From assembly GCA_964188305.1 (NCBI GenBank), contig OZ076886.1: a DNA stretch of 64,000 nt. One strand, given 5' to 3'. Made by a program: the position numbers and the translations under genes. Shown piece by piece: positions 51,790 to 63,172 of the stretch. The notes beneath the pieces were generated by a model, which searched no databases, was not told where the DNA came from, and was given only the letters and a program-made list of their open reading frames with translations. Source of the stretch: Podarcis bocagei. Its lineage: Eukaryota. Position 1 is the stretch's first letter. The number at the start of each line of letters is the position of its first letter.

Positions 51790-51862
51790 ATAGGTTTAAT
51801 ATCACAACACGTCACAAAACGACGTCAAGCTTTCGAGTTCTACCGAACTCTTCATTAGGCTA
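51790..51862 (-). mobile_element. Second-family PLE terminus with degenerate hammerhead
   Basis: CUAAUGA-A-GAGUUC-GGUA-GAACUC-GAAA-GCUU; core G is replaced by A. Confidence 0.55.
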
Positions 51863-52117
51863 CAGGATATGCAAAGCAGGGAGAGAGGCATGGGTGGCAC
51901 GAGTTCCGATTTGGTCTCGTCTGAGACCATTTCCTCCAAGCCACACCCACCTGCTCCTGTGCCACCAGGTGAGGGGCAGGTGGCAATGCACCTGTCAGTG
52001 TACAATCAGAAGCCCTGGAGTGCATTCCTGATTGTGCATTGGCAAGGGAGGTTTGCTGAGCTGGTTACAGATCTAAATGGCTACAAGGCCATATAGGGGA
52101 TTGCAGGGACGGGGTCA

Positions 52118-52275
52118 GTCAGCTTGGATAGCTCAGTGGGTTAGGGTGCGGTGCTGATAATGCCAAGGTTTGCAGGTTTGATCCCCATATAGGGCAGCTT
52201 CACATTCCTGCACTGCAGGTGTGGGTGTGGACTGGATGGCCCTGAGGCTCCCTTCCAACTCTACAGTTCTGTGAT
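52118..52275 (+). mobile_element. tRNA-derived SINE with CR1-like tail
   Basis: A/B boxes tagctcagtgg...ggtttgatccc; tail cccttccaactctacagttctgtgatt. Confidence 0.7.
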
Positions 52276-53964
52276 TGTTGGATAGGGTAACGTGTCATAT
52301 TTGATATTTAGCTGCAGCTTCTAAGCAGAAGCTAAAAGAAAAGGGAAAAAAAGGGACAGGGGGTGGTTTCAGGCAGGTTGGCTGACCAGAACCACTTTAC
52401 AGATCTACCTTTCATTTCGCGGTCTTGCATTTGTGAATCTATTTTGCTCCTTAGTTCAGTTTCCTCCTTGACTTTTTGTCCACAGGCTCCTTTTTCTGAG
52501 CTTGCCAAACACTGCCTAGAATGCCTTCCCAGGTCAACCCTTGTCTGTGTGCCCCGGTTTTTCTGGTCCCAATTGCAGTTCATGATTTTGGGGGCCCGAA
52601 TAATAACCCTAGATCTGCCAGGGTGAGCGAGTTAGGATGTGGTTGATCTCCAACCCTGGCTCAGCTGGAGATATGCTAGCTCAGCCAGTGCCCAATAAAC
52701 CTTGAAAAATGGGTGTTCCAGAAGAGTGGTAGAGGAGGGACTGTATAGTGAGATTTATGCTGGATCTTGACTCTGTTCGGCTCGCTCATGCGACTTGGCA
52801 ACCCAGCAAAAGCTACACCAGCGAAAAGGGTGGTGTAAATCAAACTCTGTTTTAAAGGCTTGTTTTTTGTCTGCCAGGCTTTGGCCGGCTCAGCCGGCAG
52901 TAGCCCCCACCCCCACCCCCAGTGAACAAGTTTGGATCTGGTGTAGCTTTTGCTGGCTTCTCATACTTACAGCTCAGGGAAGTTTTTAATGTGTGACATT
53001 TTAATGTATTTTTAATCTTTGTTGGAAGCTGCCCGGAGTGGCTGGGGAAACCCAGCCANNNNNNNNNNNNNNNNNNNNNNNNNNNNNNNNNNNNNNNNNN
53101 NNNNNNNNNNNNNNNNNNNNNNNNNNNNNNNNNNNNNNNNNNNNNNNNNNNNNNNNNNNNNNNNNNNNNNNNNNNNNNNNNNNNNNNNTACTGCAATTTG
53201 TTTACTGGGGGAATCCTACCATGTCACTGACACTTCCATGGGCTCTCTTATGGGATTTGCCATTTGAAACTGAACTATGCTTGCCATGGAAACTCTCCTA
53301 GAGACAGTGTAACTTCAGCAGATGGTTGTTCTTCTCACTTCAGGTGTCCTTTGTTCCTTTATTCCATCTCCAGACCCAAATCAAGAAACTCACGCAGCAC
53401 CTTCTAAACGCTCACTTTTTCGGCAGGGAACAAGGTGTCTGGAATACAACTGAGACTTAGCCTTTATGATCCTAGGGACCTATTTCCGTTTTGTTATATC
53501 TTGGATAAATGAAGGTTAAGGTGGTCATCTGTTGAGCATACCCCCCCATCTTTCCTGAAATAAAAATGAAATTGTTTTAGAAAGGCCTGATGGTAATTTT
53601 CACCTTCGTGGGATTGCTATTTATGCTAAAATTATTCTTAAAAAAGAAGAAGAAGCCATGCACTTATTTTTGTCCATAGAACTTGTCCTCTGATAAACTT
53701 GGCTTCATTCTGGTGACTTTTGGCTCCATTGTGGAATGATGCTCCATTCTCCGTTTTTCATACAAGACTCAGCATGAAAGCAGTTCACTGCTTCGTGAAT
53801 GAACACTGAACCACAGGAAAAAAATGCATAAAAGTGCTGGCAGAAGATAACAGGAAAATGGTAGATGGGCTATTTGTTGGGACCATGACTATGTAACCAT
53901 CTTTAGAAAATACTTGACATCCTACCAGATAACATTCTGCAATGTATTGGGAAGCTTGAGTCTA

Positions 53965-54309
53965 CAGTGGTGCCTCGCAAGACAAAATTAATTCGTTCTG
54001 CGAGTTTTTTCGTCTAGCGAATTTTTCGTCTTGCAAAGCACGGTGTCGGAAAAGTTTTGGGAAAGCTTCAAAAATCACCAAAAACCTCAAAAAAGGCTAC
54101 CACACCGCGTTCTATGAGTTGCTCCTCGAAGTCAAGTCGCAACTGTATTAACGGTGTTAAGAAAAAGGAAACAAACTTGCAAGACGTTTTCGTCTTGCGA
54201 AGCAAGCCCATAGGGAAATTCGTCTTGCGAAGCAGCTCAAAAACCGCAAAACCCTTTCGTCTAGCGAGTTTTTCGTCTTGCGAGGCATTCGTCTTGCGGG
54301 GCACCACTG
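53965..54309. mobile_element. Tigger/pogo-like MITE, copy 3
   Basis: Near-identical to copy 1 apart from a 9-bp indel; TA flanks. Confidence 0.88.
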
Positions 54310-54467
54310 TAAAGTGGAGAACCTTATAAGGCACAGGTGCAAACTCCACAAATGGTAACACCATTGCTATTCCCAGTTCAGGAACGGCGGAAAAGCCCAA
54401 AGCTGCAGATTTTATTAATGGAGCCCGTGAACAGGGTGACTTGCATTTCATGAATGGCTTTCCCTAC

Positions 54468-54963
54468 TGTCAGGGACCGTGCTGAGGAGGGCTGCACTGA
54501 GGAGGAATGGTAGGATCCCCCTCCCCCTCCTCTTGCATCTTCTCAGGATCAGGAGGACAGTATAGACTTGGAACAGTGGTTTGCAGAGGGACATAGTTCT
54601 GAAGGCAGAAGCTGGGAAATACTGGATGGGGAACAGCTAGGAGAAGCAGCATCGGGAAAGAGAGAGTTAACAGATTCACAGTCTCTGGACAGCGTCCACC
54701 CCCTGCTCCAAGGACACGGAGAGTTTAGAAAGTGTTAGAACAGAAAGCGCAGAGGGTACAAGCTCAGATTACAAGACGTAGGAGTGACGTAGATTAATAG
54801 GGATGGGGGGGTGACCCTTAATTGGGAGCGCTGCCATTTCTAGTAGACGTGCTCTTTGTTCTCTCGCTGTGATTATTAAAGATTCTAACTGGTAAGACGT
54901 TCCTTTCGTTTGATCTTTTGTTTACTGCCACGGGGGAGGAAGCCAATTCCTCAAAACCTGACA
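54468..54963 (+). mobile_element. Solo LTR (Gypsy-like)
   Basis: tgtcagg...cctgaca termini, internal ATTAAA; TSD degenerate. Confidence 0.72.
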
Positions 54964-57177
54964 GCTATTGAAGAGGACAAAACAAAAAGGAAGAAAGATA
55001 TGTGGTGATAGGTAATTTGGTATGTGGATGGATCCATACAGTCCTCCTTTTTTTTTTTTTACCTCATTGAGTGTATAGGAGATAGGGAGCATCAAGAGAG
55101 GTACGCAGGGGCCAGAGCAAGAACGGTTGTGTAGAGGGGTGCCTTCTTTGCCATCTTTGGGGACTTCTGTGTAGCTCACCAAACCTCTGTAGCCTGGAAC
55201 TGGGTGTGTGGATTGCAGCTGGGCACTGAATGAGACACAGCTGTGGGCAGCCTGAGGAAGCCCTATCTACCTTTGTGCCTACCCATCAAAAGCAAGCCTA
55301 GAGCAAGAGACTTGAATGGTGTCAGAAGGTTCCAGGAACCTTCTTTGCTGTGAAATTTATTTATTTTTTTGAGAGGAGGAGCTCTCAGTTTGTTTGGGTC
55401 TTGAGCGAGAGCCAGGAGGCTGATAGAGGTAATGTCAGAAGGAGAAGGGATTGATATTAGTTCATTTATCAGTAAATGGCATTAATGGTTTCATTTTGCA
55501 TTTTTGTAGCATTCATTTTAGTTTACAAAATGGCCTAAAATAAATAGTTTTTACTTAGAATAATATTTAAAATGGGAAAGTAACAAATAATAATACTAAA
55601 GATTCTGAATTGAACAACTGACAAAAAATTCCCAGGTGCTACTGAAAGACTATTCATGTAACACCCTTAGACTAGGCCTTCAGGCATTTCCTATTGAATA
55701 TTTAGATCGCAGATGTTATTGATTTTCAAAAATACAGAATGTTTTGGAATCATCCAGTTTGACATTTTCAGAAACTCTGCAATCTCCGAATGCCACCATT
55801 TTTTGGGTGTGTGTGTGTTTCAAACTCTTAGAACGTTTGAATGCAAATTTTCATTTTATATATAAAAAAGAAAGTATGCTTATCTCTGCAGCTTTTGGGT
55901 CTGTTTCAAGAGTAGTAGAAGAAAGCACGTTAAGTCACCGCATGTCAAATCCGCAGAGCGGAAAGGCACCAATTGCAGTGTTAAAATATGGGAGTGAGTA
56001 CCAGTGATGGACAGTAGAGGCATCTTCTAAAAGGCCATTTGCAGAGAGGGAGCCTATGGCTATGAAGAAAGACTGTGGCAGGCAGCTTCAGTAAATGGTG
56101 CCAACAACACCTCTGCTTCTTCCCCCAAATGCTTCTCCCTGCCAAGAAGTGTCGCCTCTGTCTTATCTGCGATGAGTCAATTTCTTTGTTTTCATACAAA
56201 TCTCTGCCTCTGTGGGGAATCAAGCGAAGCTGTACAGCGGTGGCTCAAGAAAGAGCAAGGATGCTGTTTCTAGGGCATCTATCTGTCTATGAAACTGTCA
56301 TAGAGCGAGCAAGAATTGCCATAAGAACAACTGTAGAGGCACATTTTACAACAGCGAGGGAGGGGTACTGTATTCATTCTAAACTCAGAGAGACATGGCC
56401 CTCTGGTACATTTGCTTGAGTTCCCCCGGGACGCCTCTGCATTGACTCATCTATGGCAGCGTTGAACTATGGGCTGATTCACACAGTTTCACTTACATGC
56501 GAACAGATGTGCTCTCTCCTGAGCAGGGAAATTAGCAATAAGTTGCATCCAATGCTAGCCCTACCCAGAGTAGACCCACTGAAGTTAACAGGCATGACTA
56601 ACATAGATTCATTACTTTCAGTGGGTCCGTTCTGAGCAGATCTTACTTGGAGGGAACCCAATTTTCTTTACATGTTATCTTCAGGACCAGGCTTCCAGTC
56701 ATGGCAGGATCACCTGTGAACCAGTTGGTATTTACATCTTATTTGCAACTTGAAAAAAATCTTAGTGAGTCAAGCTGTGTGAAGCCCAGCAAATAGAGAA
56801 CTTGGCTTGATATTGTTAGTATGGAACTGACACACACAGAGTCTCTCTCTCTCACCACACATGCACACACCTTTAAGAAATCCACATAAGTATAAATAAA
56901 TGGGCTGCAAAGGCTTCACATATTGTGTTTAAGATTCCATATTATTCCATATATTGTGTTTGAAACAGGAATGTAAGGCAGCTTTATTTCATCTCATTAA
57001 CTTTAATGGTAAAATAGAAAAAACTATATTTTATAAGGAAGCTCATATGCAGCCAAGACATGGAATGCAGATGAGCATTATAGATAGTGGTTTCTCTGAG
57101 GCATGTATGTTACAGGTGAATGAATCAGCATCTGCTGCCTCCCAAAGAAAAGCTACCCAGTACATTAGACACAAGGG

Positions 57178-57367
57178 TACCGCATTTTTGCTCCATAAGA
57201 CTCACCAGACCATAAGACGCACCCAGTTTTTGGAAGAGGAAAAAAAAATTTCTGAAGGGAGCGCTGAGCAGAGCCTCCCGCCTGCATTCGCTCCATAAGA
57301 CGCACACACATTTCCCCTTACTTTTTAGGAGGGGAAAAGTGCATCTTATAGAGTGAAAAATACGGTA
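57178..57367. mobile_element. Tc/mariner (pogo/Tc2-like) MITE
   Basis: TIRs taccgcattttt...aaaaatacggta; internal ccataagacgcac repeats. Confidence 0.72.
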
Positions 57368-58285
57368 AGTTTTCATTTTAGGAGACAGCAAAGGGGAATT
57401 CACTTGTCTCTAGCAGTAACCCCCCCCCCTCTCTAGGATCCATTCTATTCTCTTGGTTGGTATCTGGTTTTTTATATTGGTAAAAATTGGTAAGATAGAG
57501 ATAGCTTGTTACGCTTACTTTTTGTTTGCCGGCAAGTAGAATTGTAGCCTCAATATACCAGCAAAACCACCAGTGCCAAGTTCAAAACAAAGGTTTTGAT
57601 TTTAAACAACAACACAGAAAATAAATTCAAGTAAGCAATGCCCACCCACTTTAAACATTGTTCACAGAGCCAAACAACTATTTAGAATAATGGAACTGTA
57701 GTCAGAAAGAAGCCTTCGCTGAGATTTGATAAATAAGATGTTCACCTGGTCACTCATGGTGAGTAGACATCACCTTGAGGTGATCAATGAAGAAAACTTT
57801 TTAAAGACAGCTGTTTCTTTCCTTATTGGCCACTGATGTACCGTAGTTCATTGATGTAGGTTTGTGCAGACAACTTTACTTTACTAGCAACCTTTGTGGA
57901 CAGAGCTGCAAGTCTGCCTTTATGTTCTTCCCAAGCCTGAGGACAGCTCTGTTCATTCCCCCCACCCTTCAACTGTCCAATGCAGATCCAAGCATACCAT
58001 AAACATGGCCACATAATCATGTGCACAGCACAAGAATGTTTGCAGAACATATCATGCAGCAATGAAAGGTAAAAACAAATTCAGTCTGATCTGGAGGGAA
58101 AACCTTTCATGACTCCAATGGGTAATCATTCAGGCCCCCATTATGAGAAAAAAAAACATCCAAACCAATGCAAATTTCATTGAACTGTTATTCCAAATCT
58201 CCCAGGATCCTATAATAATGTATTTATTTCTTATACCCTGCACATCTGACTGGAAAAACAACAGCAACACAACAGACCATCATAC

Positions 58286-58525
58286 ATTAAAAGGGCTGCC
58301 TTCAGATGTCTACAGAGGGTTGTATATTCATCTCTTTGACATCTGACAGGAGGGTGTTCCACAGGGCAGGCACAACTACTGAGAAGGCCCTCTGCCTGGT
58401 TCCCTGTAACTTCACTTCTTGCAGTGAGGGAACCAGCAGAAGGCCCTCAGAGCTGGACCTCAGTGTCCGGGCAGAACAATGGGGGTGGAGACACTCCTTC
58501 AGGTATACTGGACCAAAGCTGTGTA
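58286..58525 (-). mobile_element. L2-clade LINE fragment
   Basis: Reverse-complement homolog of 16650-16890. Confidence 0.8.
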
Positions 58526-58887
58526 GGGTTTTAACTACTATGTCTAGTAGTTGAAACAACAGACTAGTAGGTGAGTCTAGTCACAATTTGAATTTCTCAG
58601 CAGAGGAAAGCTATGTTGGAGGATTTAAATGGTTTCAAGACATAGCTACACAGGGTGAGTCCAAGGCTGCAAATAACTTTTATAAATTATGTTCAGTACA
58701 ATCAAGGAGGTGTGCCAGAACTGTAATCCTGCCATCATAGGAACAAGCGAACTATAACATATAACTGTGAAAGTATATGAATTCCACAGAAAAAAGTGTA
58801 ATGTTCTGAAGGTGTCTGATCTGACACCAAAAGTCAAGTAAAATCTAAAGTCCCAACTGCAGGATCAAACACAGCTTTGGGTGTAGT

Positions 58888-59013
58888 CAGCGGCGTAGCG
58901 TGGGTTATCAGCACCCGGGGCAAGGCAAGTAATTTGCGCCCCCTAACCCGGGGCAAGGCAATTAATTTGCGCCCCTAACCCGGGGCAAGGCAAGTACAGT
59001 AATTTACTCTCCC

Positions 59014-59049
<36 letters not shown>

Positions 59050-59660
59050 GGCTTCTCTTTCCCCCGCGCTCTCCTGGAGCTGCCTCTTTTCTTTCCTTTT
59101 TTTCCCTTTCTCCAAGGCTTTTCGCTTTCTCTCCTTAATTGATTCCTCCTCCACACCGCAGCGTTTCCTGGCTGCTTCCCCCCCCTTCCCCTCTCTCTCC
59201 TCCTCGCTCTGCTTGCCCTGCCCTGCCTGAGGGCGCCCTGAGGAGACTCCGCTCTCCTTTTTGACCAGGCGAGGTGGAAAAGTCTCTTCCCGCCCCCTCG
59301 CCAGACTCCCTGCTCGGCTCGGCTCACTAGCCAGGCGGCCAGTGGAGAGAGAGCCGCAATTACCATAAAGCTCCTCTCCCTCCGCTTCGCCAAGCTGTCA
59401 AAGCCCGGCAGCAGCAGGCGCAGCCAGACCCCCGCCAGCCAGCCAGCCCGCCCGCCCGCCCGGCTCCCTCTCCTTTTTTTGCCCGTGGCAGAAGGCTTCG
59501 CTCTCCCCCTTCCGCGACCTCCTCGCCAAGCCGAGCGAGCGCGGGCTCCCTAACCCGTGGATTTTAGTAGGGGCAGAGAGCTGCTAGTGCGAGCGCGCCC
59601 CCCACCCATGTTGCGCCCGGTGCGGCCGGCACCCCTGGCCCCCCCCACGCTACGCCACTG
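58888..59660. mobile_element. Non-autonomous hAT element with GC/CpG-rich cargo and (CAG)10
   Basis: TIRs cagcggcgtagcgtggg/cccacgctacgccactg; perfect 8-bp TSD ggtgtagt. Confidence 0.88.
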
Positions 59661-59771
59661 GGTGTAGTAACATTCAATAAATAGCAATGTACATTAAAAA
59701 TTATACAGGAATTTAACACGTTAGTGATGGCCAAATTTATTTTCAATTTCTGGTTCAATTCCACCGACTTT

Positions 59772-60120
59772 GGGATGCAGGTGGCACTGGGGGTTAAACC
59801 ACAGAGCCTAGGACTTGTTGATCAGAAGGTCGGCGGTTCGAATCCCCACTACGGTGTGAGCTCCCGTTGCTCAGTCCCTGCTCCTGCCCATCTAGCAGTT
59901 CGAAAGCACATCGAAGTGCAAGTAGATAAATAGGTACCGCTCCGGCAGGAAGGTAAATGGCGTTTCCGTGCGCTGCTCTGGTTTGCCAGAAGCGGCTTAG
60001 TCATGCTGGCCACATGACCGGAAGCTGTACGCCGGCTCTCTCGGCCAATAAAGCGAAATGAGCGCTGCAACCCCAGAGTCGGTCACGACTGGACCTAATG
60101 GTCAGGGGTCTCTTTACCTT
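59772..60120 (+). mobile_element. Sauria SINE (Squam1), full length
   Basis: tRNA head ggtggcactgggggttaaac...ggttcgaatccc, BovB-like 3' end, tttaccttt tail; ~45-bp flanking duplication. Confidence 0.88.
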
Positions 60121-60479
60121 TTAGTGATGGCCAATTTTATTTCCTGGTTCAATTCCACCGACTTTGCTGCTTAGGATATGACGTGATGCAATGATGGATA
60201 CTAAAGTATGAGTGTCAGTTCTGTTTCTTGTTTCTTAGCATTTACATGTCAATATTTTATTAAAAAGGAAACATGAAACCCTATGCTGTGCAGAATGGCT
60301 AGCAAAGACAGTAGGTTCAACAGAGGTTGTTTTCGAAAGATAAGACGTCTGGGGGCCAGTTTCGGACCTGGAGTAAGCAGGCACGGCTTCCACTAATTGC
60401 AGTGGCACGGCACAGACTTTCCCCAAATCAGACTTTGGTGCCCAGTATTGATATTATATAGACCAAAGAATATACTTGC

Positions 60480-60616
60480 CAGACAAGAATAGGAATCATT
60501 AAGTCTGTGGTCCAAAGTGAGGCGCTGAAGCATCTCAAAGAGTGCAGCGTGGTCAAAGTTACAGGGATTGGAAGAGATAAATTCATCCATGCCATGCTTT
60601 TGAGCTCTATCTGCAT
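60480..60616 (-). CDS. CADPS: CADPS exon (Y)[22 protein letters not shown]...NDSYSCL, 137 nt, phase 1 to 0
   Basis: Near-identical to vertebrate CAPS1. Acceptor is aacag; donor is non-canonical CTG|GCAAGT. Confidence 0.96.
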
Positions 60617-63172
60617 CTGTTCATTTATACATATAGAGAAAGAAACAATTTAGAGAAACGTTGCATTGCAAAAGATGCATCAAATGCTATTAAATGAAGC
60701 ACGAGAACTACTTTGCTCCCTAGCATTCGGCTGAATTCCAGGCTCACAAGCCTCTATCAAATAGTCTTCAGCTTCCATTGTCAACTTGCAACACTTCTTT
60801 ATTGCCTTGAGGCCAAAGGTACTGGAATCAGCATCTACCCCACTTGAGCGCATTTCTTCTGTACTTAACAAGAGAACTTTTCCCTCATGAAAGCAAACAA
60901 ACCTCCAAAACAACTCATTCCAAAAAGCAAACTAGAAGGATGGTAACAAACAGCCAGTTCCTATTTATGTATTTCTAAATAATTGTAATAGATTCTGCCA
61001 TTCTAAGGAAATGTGGTTCACTATGTTTTCTTAATTTTACTATATTTGGCTAAGCATAAGCCCTTTTAGACTTTTTGGGACTAAAATCTTATCCATCATG
61101 GTTTGTTTGGTTTTTTACTCAACCTGCAGACATAGGGGTGTGGGTTTTTTGCTATTTTTTTTTACAGCAGATTTAAAATCTTTTTTGGAAGAAACAACAT
61201 AAAAGATGCTCCTCTAAACATCATAGACAAGTTAAGTGGAGGTGCAATTTCTATTTCAGTGACAGAGCAGTCTGATTATTATTTTTTGGACCCTATTAAA
61301 AATTGATTCAGATAATTACTGTGCAATCCTATATACATTTCAACCCAGAAGTATGTTTTACAGATTTTAGTGGGACTAACCGTCAGGTAAGTGCACATAG
61401 GATTGCAACCTAAGCATTGTATCGGGGTTCAACTTCTGTTATACTTTGTGGGGGACAGGAGAAATGCAAGATGCTGCCCTAGCCTATTAATAATAATAAT
61501 ATTTTTTTATTTGTCCCCGCCCTCCCTGGTCATAGCTGGGCTCAGAGCGGCTAACATTATATAAATAATACATGTTTAACTCTGATAAAATACCCACTTT
61601 GTTCATTTCATTTTAAGCTGATGTCTTCTGGTACAAGTTTACAGAGACGACACCTATTACCCACATTAATTAATTAATTAATTAATTAAAATCATACCTA
61701 GATAGCAGGAAGTATTTTGTAGACAGGGGCATGTCTACAAAAGACACTGTTTCCAGTCCTAACGCAGATGTGTTTTGTTCAGGAGCAACAGAATTAAAAT
61801 AACCCCTTTCCCTTAAATACTTTTTCTCCATTGACTCAGTTTTCTGCTAAGTGAGGCCTTGCACAAATCCTCAACAAATAAAGCAGGAAATCGGGATTTA
61901 AATCCCTACCTTGTTTACAGCTTCCTACTAAGGTCTTAAGAGAATTAGCAAAGCTGAAGGGCACAATAGCACACTTAAAATGAAGACCTAGAGTTTCTTT
62001 GGGATGATTCTCACTTCAAAAGCACAACAAGATTTTTCTTTTCTCTTTTTAAAGGCCTGTGTTTCAAAAACAGCGAGTGGAGCTGTGCTTATATAGAAAC
62101 AAAGGAGATTTCTGCAAAAGGTTTCTGAAGTGGGGAGCACTGCACAAATTGCTTTGAGAACGCCTGGCTCCTATATTAAGGAATTAGTGCAGCCTTTTTT
62201 AATAAAAAAGAAAACAAGAGAAGGGAGGGGACGAACCTTTTATAGAATATTATCTACATAGAAGATTTTGGTTTTCTAAAAGGCTACACAAGCAAACTAT
62301 AAAACCTGCAGCATCTCCATTAACTGCAACAAGGTGTTAGTTCAGCAAATAATGTATTTGTTTCTTTGATTCTGTACGTCGAACTAAAAATGGCAGCCTA
62401 ACCTTTCCCTGTACATGCTGACTTGGAATAAAGCCTCATTGAATTTTGAGGGGCATACCTGCAACCCATTGAAAGGATAGGATACGTTATTCCAGAGTAT
62501 GGTTTTATGTTTTTTGTTCAGTATGAACATATTTTATTCAATAACTGGTTGATCTTCTAATTTATCTTTTATCAAATTAATTTCTAGCTGCACATCTACA
62601 GAGCAGTGTTAAATATAGTTTTATCTGGTTGGCTGATGCTACATAATTAGCCCTGTATGTTTCTCAGTTCAGTGGCAAGGAATGTGTGAATTAAGTCAAA
62701 CACCTTGGCTGTAAGCCATAGTGCCGGCTCTACCATTAGGCAGAGTAAGGCAGCTGCAGGCTACAGCAGAGAATGTCATCCCATCATCAGCACTGATGAT
62801 TGTGCATTGTTAAGTTACAATGGACCAGGCTGTAAGTTTACTTTCCCTTCAGGCTTAAGACCTTCAGCACAGTCCAGTGTAACCTTGGGTTTCAAACTGC
62901 AGCACACTATGAGCAACCAATCAGATGCTGTCTATCTCTTTTGACAGACGATGCCCATCCCCTCTGGGCCAAGATCAATTTGATGAATACAAATACACCA
63001 GCAAAAGGCTTCCCCACCCCTGCCATTTTCAAGTTTTACAGCAGCCAGAATAATAAACACATAATAAATGAGAAGCTTCACAGTTTTAACAGGCTGGATG
63101 AAGCTTTTAAAAATTATTTTAAATAGTCAAGGCTGTAGTGTTCAAATTTCCCCGAGTAGACTGCAAGCTGAC

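Noticed and set aside
59004-59393. 129-aa ORF with poly-Cys
   Set aside because: By-product of GC-rich transposon cargo and the (CTG)n repeat
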